Shown: in pieces, positions 24,387-33,002 of the stretch
Layout: each line of letters starts with the position of its first letter
Position numbering within the stretch: the stretch's first letter is position 1
Assembly: GCA_016220145.1 (NCBI GenBank)
Contig: JACRID010000021.1
Span: 1-61,114, forward strand
Reading direction: 5' to 3'
Origin: Candidatus Peregrinibacteria bacterium
GTDB taxonomy: Bacteria; Patescibacteriota; Gracilibacteria; UBA1369; UM-FILTER-53-11
Length of the DNA stretch: 61,114 nucleotides
Program-made: the position numbers and the translations under genes
Notes under the pieces: model-generated
Database searches by the model: none
What the model saw: only the letters and a program-made list of their open reading frames with translations
What the model was told of the DNA's origin: nothing

Positions 24387-25550
24387 TTAATCTCGACTCC
24401 AAAATTTTTGATCCGGAAGTTCCTCACCTCTTTTCGTCTTATTAAAATCATGTTTCCACGGTTTTACTGCATGTCGACTAGCAATATCATTAAATTCTTT
24501 TTCTGATATGTTGAGCCAATAAAGAAATACATCCAAACTTGCTGGACGCAAACCCTCCCATTTTTCTAATAAATTCAAGGCTTCTTCGCGTTTCAAACGC
24601 CCATTTCTAATATCAATTGAAGCCAAATGACTCATACGACCATAGCCTCTTTTTATGAATTTTAAATAATCTTGGACACCTTGCATCATGTCTTCTATTT
24701 TTTCATAATTATACTCAGGCGGCACTCCTTCTACAAAATCACATTCCCAATCTAATTCACTTTTTATAATCTCAACTTGTTTTTTTACATCCCAAGACTC
24801 ATAACTACCAAGACAAATTGAACGACAATTTATTGCTTTAAGTTTATCCCGCGAAGGAAATGCGTGAAATTGTAAATCGTTCATGGTTATCATATTATCA
24901 TTGAGGAAACCAATCATATCTTCAGCAGTTATACCCAAATTAACAAACATATTAAAACGTCGTTCATCAACTTCTTCTGTTTCGTCATAACCGTAGTAAC
25001 TTGTGTATTCAGATGATGGTTCACCCCAGATGACCAAAGGAACATTAAACTTTACTGCTACATGCATCGGAAAAGCAAAAATACCAGAGTGTTGATACCA
25101 ATATATATCTCCTTTTCTTTCCAACGACACTCGCATTAATTTCTTGACGAGTTGCCAATTGGTGCTAAATTTAAAAAAATCAACCCCTAATCGTTTAATT
25201 GTACGTTCTGCATTGCGCAAAACTGTCGGACGATACATATGATGATCATAACTAACAACGAGCGGGCGTAATCCAAATTTTTTAACTAATGCCAAAACTG
25301 TAAAGGTACTATCTTCCCCTCCGCTAAATGGAATAATGCAATCATAAAAATATTTGCCACGATAATTTTCTAACAAATCAACAAACTCGCGTCCTTTATT
25401 TATCCAATTCAATTTCTCTTTAATTTCTAAATTACGACAAGTACTGCAAACCCCTGCTTCATCAAATACAATTGACTCCTGCGTTTCAGGCATGACACAC
25501 CTACTACAACGTCTTAATAATTTTGGGTCACTAATTATTTTTTCCGTCAT
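24387..25550 (-). CDS. N-acetyl-sugar amidotransferase (PP-loop ATP-pyrophosphatase, WbpG/PseA-like)
   Basis: N-terminal Cys cluster CSRCVMPET...GVCSTCRN and the PP-loop IPFSGGEDST. Confidence 0.75.
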   Translation of the reverse strand: MTEKIISDPKLLRRCSRCVMPETQESIVFDEAGVCSTCRNLEIKEKLNWINKGREFVDLLENYRGKYFYDCIIPFSGGEDSTFTVLALVKKFGLRPLVVSYDHHMYRPTVLRNAERTIKRLGVDFFKFSTNWQLVKKLMRVSLERKGDIYWYQHSGIFAFPMHVAVKFNVPLVIWGEPSSEYTSYYGYDETEEVDERRFNMFVNLGITAEDMIGFLNDNMITMNDLQFHAFPSRDKLKAINCRSICLGSYESWDVKKQVEIIKSELDWECDFVEGVPPEYNYEKIEDMMQGVQDYLKFIKRGYGRMSHLASIDIRNGRLKREEALNLLEKWEGLRPASLDVFLYWLNISEKEFNDIASRHAVKPWKHDFNKTKRGEELPDQKFWSRD

Positions 25551-25770
25551 ATTTTTTTACCATCCATATTTGATCATACGCTATTTTTTCATTAATTTTT
25601 TCAATTTGGAATCCACATTTTTCATATATACGACGAGCTGCCAAATTTTCAGATATAACTCCTAAATTTATTTCTTCTATTCCCATTTCTTCAAAGGCAT
25701 ATTTTGTTAACAGATTTATAGCATTACTTCCTACTCCATGGTTCCAATAATTTTTATCTCCAAATTTCAT
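25531..25770 (-). pseudogene. C-terminal half of a GNAT acetyltransferase (N-terminally truncated remnant)
   Basis: The 79-aa ORF begins at the acetyl-CoA motif-A region (YWNHGVGS...ARRIYEKCGF). Only 39 bp separate it from the pseB stop, leaving no room for the missing N-terminal half. Confidence 0.5.
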
Positions 25771-25809
25771 GATTTTCTTTTTTAAAAAATTACGAATAAC
25801 TACATGTTT

Positions 25810-26808
25810 TTAATTTTTATGTACATTTTCAATCAATTCCAAAAGGTTATCCGACGAAAGCCATTGAGTATTTGAAGAGCTGGAATAAAAAAAATTCCGA
25901 TCCAAATCTTTTCCATCTGCATAACGCCTTTTTAATGTCTCTCCAAAACTATGCTCTGGCAAAATAACATAATAAGTATCATATTCTTTGGAATGAGAAG
26001 CTTCTTCAGGAGTAATCAAAACTTCATGTAATTTTTCACCAGGACGTACACCCACAATATCAATATTACACTCTGGAGCGAGAACGGTTATTAATTCTTT
26101 AATTTTCATACTTGGAATTTTTGGGACAAAGATTTCCCCACCGTCCATTTTTTCAATCGCCATCAATACCAATGACACACCTTGATCTAGGGTAATCCAA
26201 AACCTAGTCATATCTGCATGTGTTAAATTGAGTCGACCTGTCGAACGATATTTTTCAATTATCTGTATGAGACTACCTCTGCTTCCGAACACATTACCGT
26301 ACCGCACGGCAGAGAATCTAGTTTTATTAGCACAATAAAAATTACCAGAAATAATCAATCGTTCAGCACAGAGTTTCGTCGCACCGTATAAATTTGCAGG
26401 ATTGGCTGCTTTATCAGTAGAAATTAATAAAACTTTTTTAACATCCCTATCAATGGCGGCTTCTATAATATTTTGAGTTCCTAAAATATTTGTCTTCACT
26501 GCTTCAAACGGATTATATTCAAGAAGCGGAACCTGTTTTAAAGCCGCCGCATGCACAACTATTTCTACTCCATAAAAAGCCCGCTTAAGCCGATCTAAAT
26601 CTCTCACATCACCTATAAAAAAACGAAGTCTTCCTTCCGGATCCGCAATAGTTGATTGCATTTGTGATTGTTTCAATTCATCGCGTGAAAAAACAATAAT
26701 ACGTGACGCTTTTGTTTCAGTCAAAAGGATACGTACAAATTTTTGACCAAAAGACCCTGTCCCTCCAGTAACTAAGATACATTTCCCATTTAAAAATTCG
26801 TAAGACAT
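25810..26808 (-). CDS. pseB: UDP-N-acetylglucosamine 4,6-dehydratase (inverting), PseB/FlaA1 type
   Basis: ILVTGGTGSFG, SRDELKQ, FFIGDVRD, HAAALKQVP, YGATKL, RYGNVFGSRGS, TRFWI and PGEKLHE match PseB along its full length. Confidence 0.85.
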   Translation of the reverse strand: MSYEFLNGKCILVTGGTGSFGQKFVRILLTETKASRIIVFSRDELKQSQMQSTIADPEGRLRFFIGDVRDLDRLKRAFYGVEIVVHAAALKQVPLLEYNPFEAVKTNILGTQNIIEAAIDRDVKKVLLISTDKAANPANLYGATKLCAERLIISGNFYCANKTRFSAVRYGNVFGSRGSLIQIIEKYRSTGRLNLTHADMTRFWITLDQGVSLVLMAIEKMDGGEIFVPKIPSMKIKELITVLAPECNIDIVGVRPGEKLHEVLITPEEASHSKEYDTYYVILPEHSFGETLKRRYADGKDLDRNFFYSSSSNTQWLSSDNLLELIENVHKN

Positions 26809-26818
26809 AATTACAATC

Positions 26819-26835
26819 TAATAGGTTACCTATTA
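26819..26835. promoter_or_regulatory. 17-bp palindrome (8+1+8) in the pseB leader; operator-like
   Basis: TAATAGGT-T-ACCTATTA lies between the candidate promoter (26874-26902) and the pseB ATG (26808). Confidence 0.25.
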
Positions 26836-26873
26836 AGTAATATAACAAAAACAACCTAAAAAAGCAAGCTCTC

Positions 26874-26902
26874 ATTATAGCTACTGCGGCACCCATGCAC
26901 AA
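26874..26902 (-). promoter_or_regulatory. Candidate internal sigma-70-type promoter upstream of pseB
   Basis: On the minus strand: TTGTGC (26897-26902), a 17-nt spacer, then a perfect TATAAT (26874-26879), inside the only sizeable gap of this operon. Confidence 0.5.
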
Positions 26903-26914
26903 AAGACCTAATAT

Positions 26915-27892
26915 TTAAGAAGCATGCAAAAGTACTTTTTTTAAGTCATCCAATATTTTAATTTTTTCAATTTTTGTAAATGGCAATCCGCATTGTTTCG
27001 ACTCATCGGGTAGATAGCTAATTGTACGTTTGCCACATAAATACGCTACAACAAGAGCCATGCTTTCCATTCCTATAACAACCCCGACAGCCGCAAGATC
27101 GATACATAAATCAGTTGCTTCAGATATCCTAATTTTAAACAACGAAGAATATTTTGCTATCACCAGATTATACTTATCTTTGGATTCAGATGGATGTAAG
27201 CGAATAATTATGAGAGGAGGTGCTTCATCTTTTTTTGACAACACGTACAACATGTCATCGAGGACATCAAATTCAGTAAACATCATTTTTCTCTTCATGC
27301 CCATGGCATTAATTGGTTCGTTCATAGGTTCCCCTAAAAATAAAACCGCTTCAGGATCTTCCTTGATCGTATCGGCGATGCTCGCATAGCGTGCCTTTGC
27401 ATCGTCAAATGAACGGTTTGGAACAAAACGAATTAAAATTTCTGGAAACTCCTTTTTCGCAATTGACTCAGCATATGAATCGCCAACCCAAATTTCATTT
27501 GGCAAACGTTTCTTCCATCCATCTTGTGGGTAGCCAAACCGTTCGCGATAATTTAACCAATGATCAAGGTATACTACTGTGGTGATTCCACGGCGTAAGG
27601 CCTCTTGGAGTGCAGAAATCTCAAATAACGATGACCATCCGATTCCAAATAAAATGAAAAATGGATCTTCTCCCCAATCAAAAATAATTTTTAAAGGTTC
27701 TTTGACATTTGTCATGTCTACAACAGGAATGCCATATCGAGCAAAAATAGCGACCGCTGGTCCGGCTACAAAACAACTAGAATTTAAACCTACGCATTCA
27801 TATTTTAAAAAAGCAGCTATAATTTCTGCACCACCAGCGTCATGACACACAACTATAATTTTCTTCTTTATACTCATATACAAGTAATCCAT
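26915..27892 (-). CDS. Hypothetical protein, possibly a GT-B-fold enzyme (PseG substitute or nonulosonate transferase not excluded)
   Basis: Rossmann-like N-terminus KKIIVVCHDAGGAEII and C-terminal VVIGMESMALVVAYLCGKRTISY. The G-x-GH motif of PseG is absent. Confidence 0.35.
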   Translation of the reverse strand: MDYLYMSIKKKIIVVCHDAGGAEIIAAFLKYECVGLNSSCFVAGPAVAIFARYGIPVVDMTNVKEPLKIIFDWGEDPFFILFGIGWSSLFEISALQEALRRGITTVVYLDHWLNYRERFGYPQDGWKKRLPNEIWVGDSYAESIAKKEFPEILIRFVPNRSFDDAKARYASIADTIKEDPEAVLFLGEPMNEPINAMGMKRKMMFTEFDVLDDMLYVLSKKDEAPPLIIIRLHPSESKDKYNLVIAKYSSLFKIRISEATDLCIDLAAVGVVIGMESMALVVAYLCGKRTISYLPDESKQCGLPFTKIEKIKILDDLKKVLLHAS

Positions 27893-28403
27893 ACTTTAAA
27901 ATATCTTCATAAGCTCCATTTTTATATAATGCTTCACGAAAAATACCTTCTTTTATGAACCCAAGCTGCTCTGCTAATTTTTGCATTCCAATATTCTTTA
28001 CAGATGTGCCACAGGTAATTCTATGTAAATTAAGTGCTGAAAAACCATGATGTAATAAAAGTTTACAAGCCTCGTTGCCAACGCCTTTTTTCCAATAGGC
28101 TTTATTACCAATAATAATTGATAAGTCTGCAGACCGATCAATATAATCTATATCCTGCAAAGAAATATTACCTATATGCTGATTAGTTTTCTTGTCAATA
28201 ATAGCTAAAACTACATTTTTACCTGTTTTAATAACTTGCTCATAATATTCTTTTAAATTTTCAAGATAGTGAGGAAAACGGTGGTGTGAATTAAATTGAC
28301 AAACTTCTTCGTTATTAAACCATTGTTCATAGACTTCATTTAAATCAGTAGGTTCAATAATGCGTAAATATAACTTTTTTCCTATCAAAAATGGATTATA
28401 CAT
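27840..28403 (-). CDS. GNAT-family N-acetyltransferase (RimL/PseH-like)
   Basis: 187 aa. YWKKGVGNEACKLLLHHGF is the acetyl-CoA motif A. Confidence 0.7.
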   Translation of the reverse strand: MYNPFLIGKKLYLRIIEPTDLNEVYEQWFNNEEVCQFNSHHRFPHYLENLKEYYEQVIKTGKNVVLAIIDKKTNQHIGNISLQDIDYIDRSADLSIIIGNKAYWKKGVGNEACKLLLHHGFSALNLHRITCGTSVKNIGMQKLAEQLGFIKEGIFREALYKNGAYEDILKYGLLVYEYKEENYSCVS

Positions 28404-28415
28404 ATTGATGAATAT

Positions 28416-29714
28416 TTATATTAATTCATGTCGTGCTTCATACACCTTATTAAACGCTTTTACCACATCATCTAAATCGGACTTTGTTGCTGGAGGCCTC
28501 ATGAATTCATGGGTAAACAATTGTTTTTCATACAGAGACTCGGCTACTGGACACAGACCTTTGGCATACGAAACCGAATCTGAACCAAGAGTGAAAGGAA
28601 AGCCGTGTGATCCTATAGCAGTACGTTTTTGAAAAAGTGGCAACAAATATAAAGGCTTACTATAACCAACTCCAATTTGTTGACCCTCTAATTCACGTAA
28701 AGCAGTTGCTGGTAACTCCGCCTTAACTGCGTTAATAAATACATCTCGTGAAATTCCAACAATTTTTTCATCAAATAAAAAAGGTTGTACATAATACGCA
28801 TGTGTGGCACCTTGTCGAACCGGTGAGCTTCTAATACCTTGCAATTTCGATAATTCTTCAATTAAATACTCGCAATTAGCAACTCGCTGAATCAAAAGAG
28901 TGTCTAATTTTTTGAGTTGTTCTCGACCGATAGCTGCTTGTAGTTCTGTGAGCCTAAAATTGCCACCGAGCATATTGACAAGATCGATTTCACCTTTATC
29001 TTCAACCACCGCTTCTGCATGATTACGAATCAAGCGTACTCGCTCAGCTAAACGATCATCATTGGTAACAACTACCCCACCTTCACCTGTGTGAATGTGT
29101 TTATGATAGTTGAGTGAGAACACACCAATATCACCGAGAGTTCCTGCATATTTTCCTCTATATTTACTACCAGGCGCTTGTGCGCAATCTTCAATAACAA
29201 TTAAATTGTGTTCGCTAGCAATTGCGTTGATCGCTTCAACATCATAGGGTTGTCCAAAAATATCAACCACAATAATCACTTTTGTATGTGGAGTGATTTG
29301 TGCTCGTACAGACTCGGGATCAAGACAAAAATATTCTTTTTCTATATCAGCAAATACAGGTATACCACCGTACCACAAAGGAGTGGTCGCAGACGCAACC
29401 ATCGTATAGGGAGAAACAATCACCTCGTCCCCAGGGCTAATGCCAGTCGCACCAACCGCGCACTGAAGCCCTGAAGTGCATGAATTGACAGCAATGGCGT
29501 GTTTAACTCCAAAATATAATGCCCATTCTTTCTCAAACGCCTGAACTTCTGGACCGCCATAAAAATCGTCATGCCAACAACCCAAATACCGTGACAAAAT
29601 ACCGGAATCAAGCACATGACTAACAGCTCGTTTTTCTTCTTCACCTATGACACAATAAGCAGGAAACAATTTTTTTCTTACCGGCTCACCTCCTAAGACA
29701 GCAAGTCGCGACAT
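28416..29714 (-). CDS. DegT/DnrJ/EryC1/StrS-family aminotransferase (long form)
   Basis: FSLNYHKHIHTGEGGVVVTND carries the PLP lysine. The family-typical N-terminus has a GEEE segment. 432 aa. Confidence 0.75.
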   Translation of the reverse strand: MSRLAVLGGEPVRKKLFPAYCVIGEEEKRAVSHVLDSGILSRYLGCWHDDFYGGPEVQAFEKEWALYFGVKHAIAVNSCTSGLQCAVGATGISPGDEVIVSPYTMVASATTPLWYGGIPVFADIEKEYFCLDPESVRAQITPHTKVIIVVDIFGQPYDVEAINAIASEHNLIVIEDCAQAPGSKYRGKYAGTLGDIGVFSLNYHKHIHTGEGGVVVTNDDRLAERVRLIRNHAEAVVEDKGEIDLVNMLGGNFRLTELQAAIGREQLKKLDTLLIQRVANCEYLIEELSKLQGIRSSPVRQGATHAYYVQPFLFDEKIVGISRDVFINAVKAELPATALRELEGQQIGVGYSKPLYLLPLFQKRTAIGSHGFPFTLGSDSVSYAKGLCPVAESLYEKQLFTHEFMRPPATKSDLDDVVKAFNKVYEARHELI

Positions 29715-30706
29715 ATATTATTTTTTTTAAGTAAATTATGACAAATGCGTTGCACTTTTAATGCGTCTTGCCCATCACAAACAAGGTGAGTAGTTTTTCT
29801 ATCCAAATAATATACCACATTACTCACTAACTCAAACATTGCATTACCGAGGAGTGTAGGGGTAAATTTTTCTTGGTCTAAAACCTTAAATTCCGGATAT
29901 AATTTATCTTTGGATATTTTTTGAGTTGTTATTGAAAATCCAAAATCTTTGATACGGAAACGAGCTTTTTCAAACAAAATATCTAGTTCAAAAATTCCGT
30001 ATTTTCGTTCATCGCCTCCCACCAAATAAAAATTTGAACATCGTTCGAAACTCATTACAGCACTCACAGTGGGGTCATCTTTCCGATAATCAACTAGACT
30101 CGATAATACCTGTGACCACATTACGTCACCAAAGAACCACCTAGATAAATCAATTAAATGTGAACCGTTATGAAGGATGCCCTTGGAGTAATAACCGACT
30201 GTAGCAATTACCTTTCCATATTTATTTGATCCGATTTCTTTTCTAAACTTTTGTAAAGTACGATCAAAGCGACGTGAGTAATTTACAAGAAGTGGAATTT
30301 TTAACGACTCAAATTGATTTATTATCTTCTCAGTATCGTCAAGTTTAGTCGTTAACGGTTTTTCGCAAATAACCAATTTTGGACGATATTTAACAAGCGA
30401 CTTAAGAACCGCGTAATGCGTATTATCCGGGGTGCACACGCTTACTATTTCAGGCTCAGTTTTTTTTAGCATGTCTTCTACTGTTTTGAAAGATTTGGTT
30501 GACCATTTTTTTGCAACTTTCGTCGCCTTACTCTTATCAATATCAAACAACCCAACTAAGGATGTGCAAGGATGCACCACAAAAGCATGAGCGTGCGTGA
30601 GAATATCTTTATGCTGTGGCGTGTCAAAACCGGCAGCTATTCTTCCAGCACCAATGATTGCAGCTCGATAAATTTTATCCTTGGAGTGCATCTTTTTGTT
30701 TGACAT
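29693..30706 (-). CDS. Gfo/Idh/MocA-family oxidoreductase
   Basis: AAIIGAGRIAAG Rossmann motif and ICEKPL motif. Confidence 0.7.
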   Translation of the reverse strand: MSNKKMHSKDKIYRAAIIGAGRIAAGFDTPQHKDILTHAHAFVVHPCTSLVGLFDIDKSKATKVAKKWSTKSFKTVEDMLKKTEPEIVSVCTPDNTHYAVLKSLVKYRPKLVICEKPLTTKLDDTEKIINQFESLKIPLLVNYSRRFDRTLQKFRKEIGSNKYGKVIATVGYYSKGILHNGSHLIDLSRWFFGDVMWSQVLSSLVDYRKDDPTVSAVMSFERCSNFYLVGGDERKYGIFELDILFEKARFRIKDFGFSITTQKISKDKLYPEFKVLDQEKFTPTLLGNAMFELVSNVVYYLDRKTTHLVCDGQDALKVQRICHNLLKKNNICRDLLS

Positions 30707-32924
30707 ACTGATTCAACTCTAACAGCTTAGGATTATTTTTTAATAATTGTATTACCTCCATAGCAGTAAAATCATTATTGATAGGTAAAAGTCGCTCAAA
30801 AATTTCATTGAGCAATAAATAATCTCCTTTTTCATCAAGTGTTACCCGGAGTTCCGGCCAATAATAATCGTCTTTCGCTGTCCAACTATGCAACCGATAC
30901 CGTTCTGGATGATTATAAATATAATATGAAACATGTACTCGATCCAAAGGGTCATTTGTCAATTTATCTACTTCAGCAAGCACTTGAACAGGAAACACTT
31001 GAACATCAAAGCCTATGGGATAGGAAACAGGAATTATATTAGCCGAATAATCAACATCATTGATAAAAAATTCTTTAATACCTTGGTCAACAAGGTCATG
31101 ATCAACAAGCGGACAATCACCCGTTACTTCAACAATGATATCAGCTTGTACTGAGCGTGCCGCGCCCAAAACACGCCCCAAAACGTCAGACTCACTGCCA
31201 CGGAAATAATTTATGCCCAATCGTTCCGCTAACGAGACGATTGGGTCATCTGCTTTGTTTACAGTAGTAGCTACGACAATGACATCAACATATTTACTGC
31301 GCTTGAGCCGTTCAATCAATCGTTCTAACGACGGCCTTCCTGCAAGAGGCATTAAAACTTTTCCAGGCAGACGAGAGGATGTCATTCTTGCTTCAATTGT
31401 TGCAACGATTTTCTTTTTCTTTCTGAACCATGGAATTTTGTTTGTAAACTTAGACCAACCAAGCTCATTGATTATGGAGCGGACAGTATGATATGGCCCG
31501 CTGGAAAATTTTTTGCCAATCAAAAAAAGTAAAACCAAATAAATCAGACCCAAAACAACTACCCAAATGAATATGACATAATTACTTAAAAATTTATGGA
31601 AAAAAAAGTGAGCTGGTAATGCTACTATGGAAGTGCCGAGCGACGCACCCAAAACGGATACTACCGAAGGATAAAACTTTTTCTTATCTAATTTTAAGAT
31701 CGATCGCGCGCGCACTATGGTTAAAATAAATAGTAATAAGGAAACGGCCAATGACGCGATTGCCGCGCCACGCAAATTTAAAAATTTAATTGCGAAATAA
31801 AAAATTGGCGGAGAAATTATAAGTTGAACCATTTTAATCTTAAAATTGATATCTGGCTTGCCAATCGCGTTAAAAATTGGACTCACTACTCCCATCAAAC
31901 CAACGAAAATATTCGTTGTTGAAAAAATCTTTAATGGAACTACTATTCCCATCCATTTACTGCCAAGAAGAACATGCACAATCGAACCTCCTTCAAAAAG
32001 AAGTAGAAGGCTAAACGGGATACTAACCAAAAGCATAATGTCCAGGCTTTTAAGAAAGCCCTCTTGGATCTTATCCAGTCTGTCTTGCACTTTAACATAA
32101 GCAGAAAAACCCACGCGATTCAGTAGACCACCGATAGGCGCGGTGATCGTGGACGGCAAATCTTTTGCCCGTGAATAAAATCCAAGTCCGGTCGGATCAA
32201 GTAGGCGACCGACAAAAATTTTATCAATTGAGACAGTAAAAAAATCTAGGATATTTTGACCATATACCCACTTTCCATAACCAAACAAGGATTTAAGAGA
32301 TGAAAAACGAGTTGAAATTCGGGGAAATACTGGATACAAAACATAGGTCGTTATAGCGGAAACAAAATAACTAGCCAAGTAGCCGATAAATAAAGCCCAT
32401 GCCGTTGGGCTCACAAATAAAGCCACCACTGTGGACACAACTGTATAAGCCAATTGACCGGAAACGTCGCGAAAAAAAATCTTTTTATATTCAAGCTCTT
32501 TAAAAAATTTCAGTTGATAAATATTTCCCAAAGAGGAAAGAATTGGCAAAAGGCCGCTTAATTTAATAATAAGAACTTGCGATGGTATTAACTTGAAAAA
32601 ACGCCCGATATAATTTCCCGCTAAAAATATTACGACAGCAGTTAATATTGATTTCAATAATTCAAACGTCCACACTGTATTTAAATGCTCATCAATATTT
32701 TCTTTTTTTTGCAATAAGGCTGCACCAAATCCGGGTGTCAAAAAACTGTCTAGAAAATTTGTGATTGTAAAAACTACTGTTATAACACCATAATCTTGCG
32801 GAAACAATAATCTGGCTAAAACAAAGAAAACCACCAGATTAATAAGTCTTTGACTGATGATGCTAATCATGAACCATTTCCCACTTTGGATTGATTTGTT
32901 ATAAACGCCAGCTTCTTTGGGCAT
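30675..32924 (-). CDS. Fusion: Wzx-type polysaccharide flippase (MOP superfamily) plus C-terminal SpsF-type cytidylyltransferase domain
   Basis: About 480 aa of repeated hydrophobic helices are followed by KKIVATIEARMTSSRLPGKVL...VTGDCPLVD. That C-terminal part is collinear with 13361-14131. It is one uninterrupted 749-aa ORF. Confidence 0.65.
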   Translation of the reverse strand: MPKEAGVYNKSIQSGKWFMISIISQRLINLVVFFVLARLLFPQDYGVITVVFTITNFLDSFLTPGFGAALLQKKENIDEHLNTVWTFELLKSILTAVVIFLAGNYIGRFFKLIPSQVLIIKLSGLLPILSSLGNIYQLKFFKELEYKKIFFRDVSGQLAYTVVSTVVALFVSPTAWALFIGYLASYFVSAITTYVLYPVFPRISTRFSSLKSLFGYGKWVYGQNILDFFTVSIDKIFVGRLLDPTGLGFYSRAKDLPSTITAPIGGLLNRVGFSAYVKVQDRLDKIQEGFLKSLDIMLLVSIPFSLLLLFEGGSIVHVLLGSKWMGIVVPLKIFSTTNIFVGLMGVVSPIFNAIGKPDINFKIKMVQLIISPPIFYFAIKFLNLRGAAIASLAVSLLLFILTIVRARSILKLDKKKFYPSVVSVLGASLGTSIVALPAHFFFHKFLSNYVIFIWVVVLGLIYLVLLFLIGKKFSSGPYHTVRSIINELGWSKFTNKIPWFRKKKKIVATIEARMTSSRLPGKVLMPLAGRPSLERLIERLKRSKYVDVIVVATTVNKADDPIVSLAERLGINYFRGSESDVLGRVLGAARSVQADIIVEVTGDCPLVDHDLVDQGIKEFFINDVDYSANIIPVSYPIGFDVQVFPVQVLAEVDKLTNDPLDRVHVSYYIYNHPERYRLHSWTAKDDYYWPELRVTLDEKGDYLLLNEIFERLLPINNDFTAMEVIQLLKNNPKLLELNQYVKQKDALQG

Positions 32925-32926
32925 AA

Positions 32927-32955
32927 TTGACTACCGACTCTTTTAGAGTTATAAT
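32927..32955 (+). promoter_or_regulatory. Candidate sigma-70-type promoter for the KpsS-like gene
   Basis: TTGACT (32927-32932), a 17-nt spacer, then TATAAT (32950-32955). The ATG is at 33003. Confidence 0.5.
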
Positions 32956-33002
32956 ATTTATTATACTATCACGGTTTATTAAAAAAAACAAGATTTTTAT
33001 CT

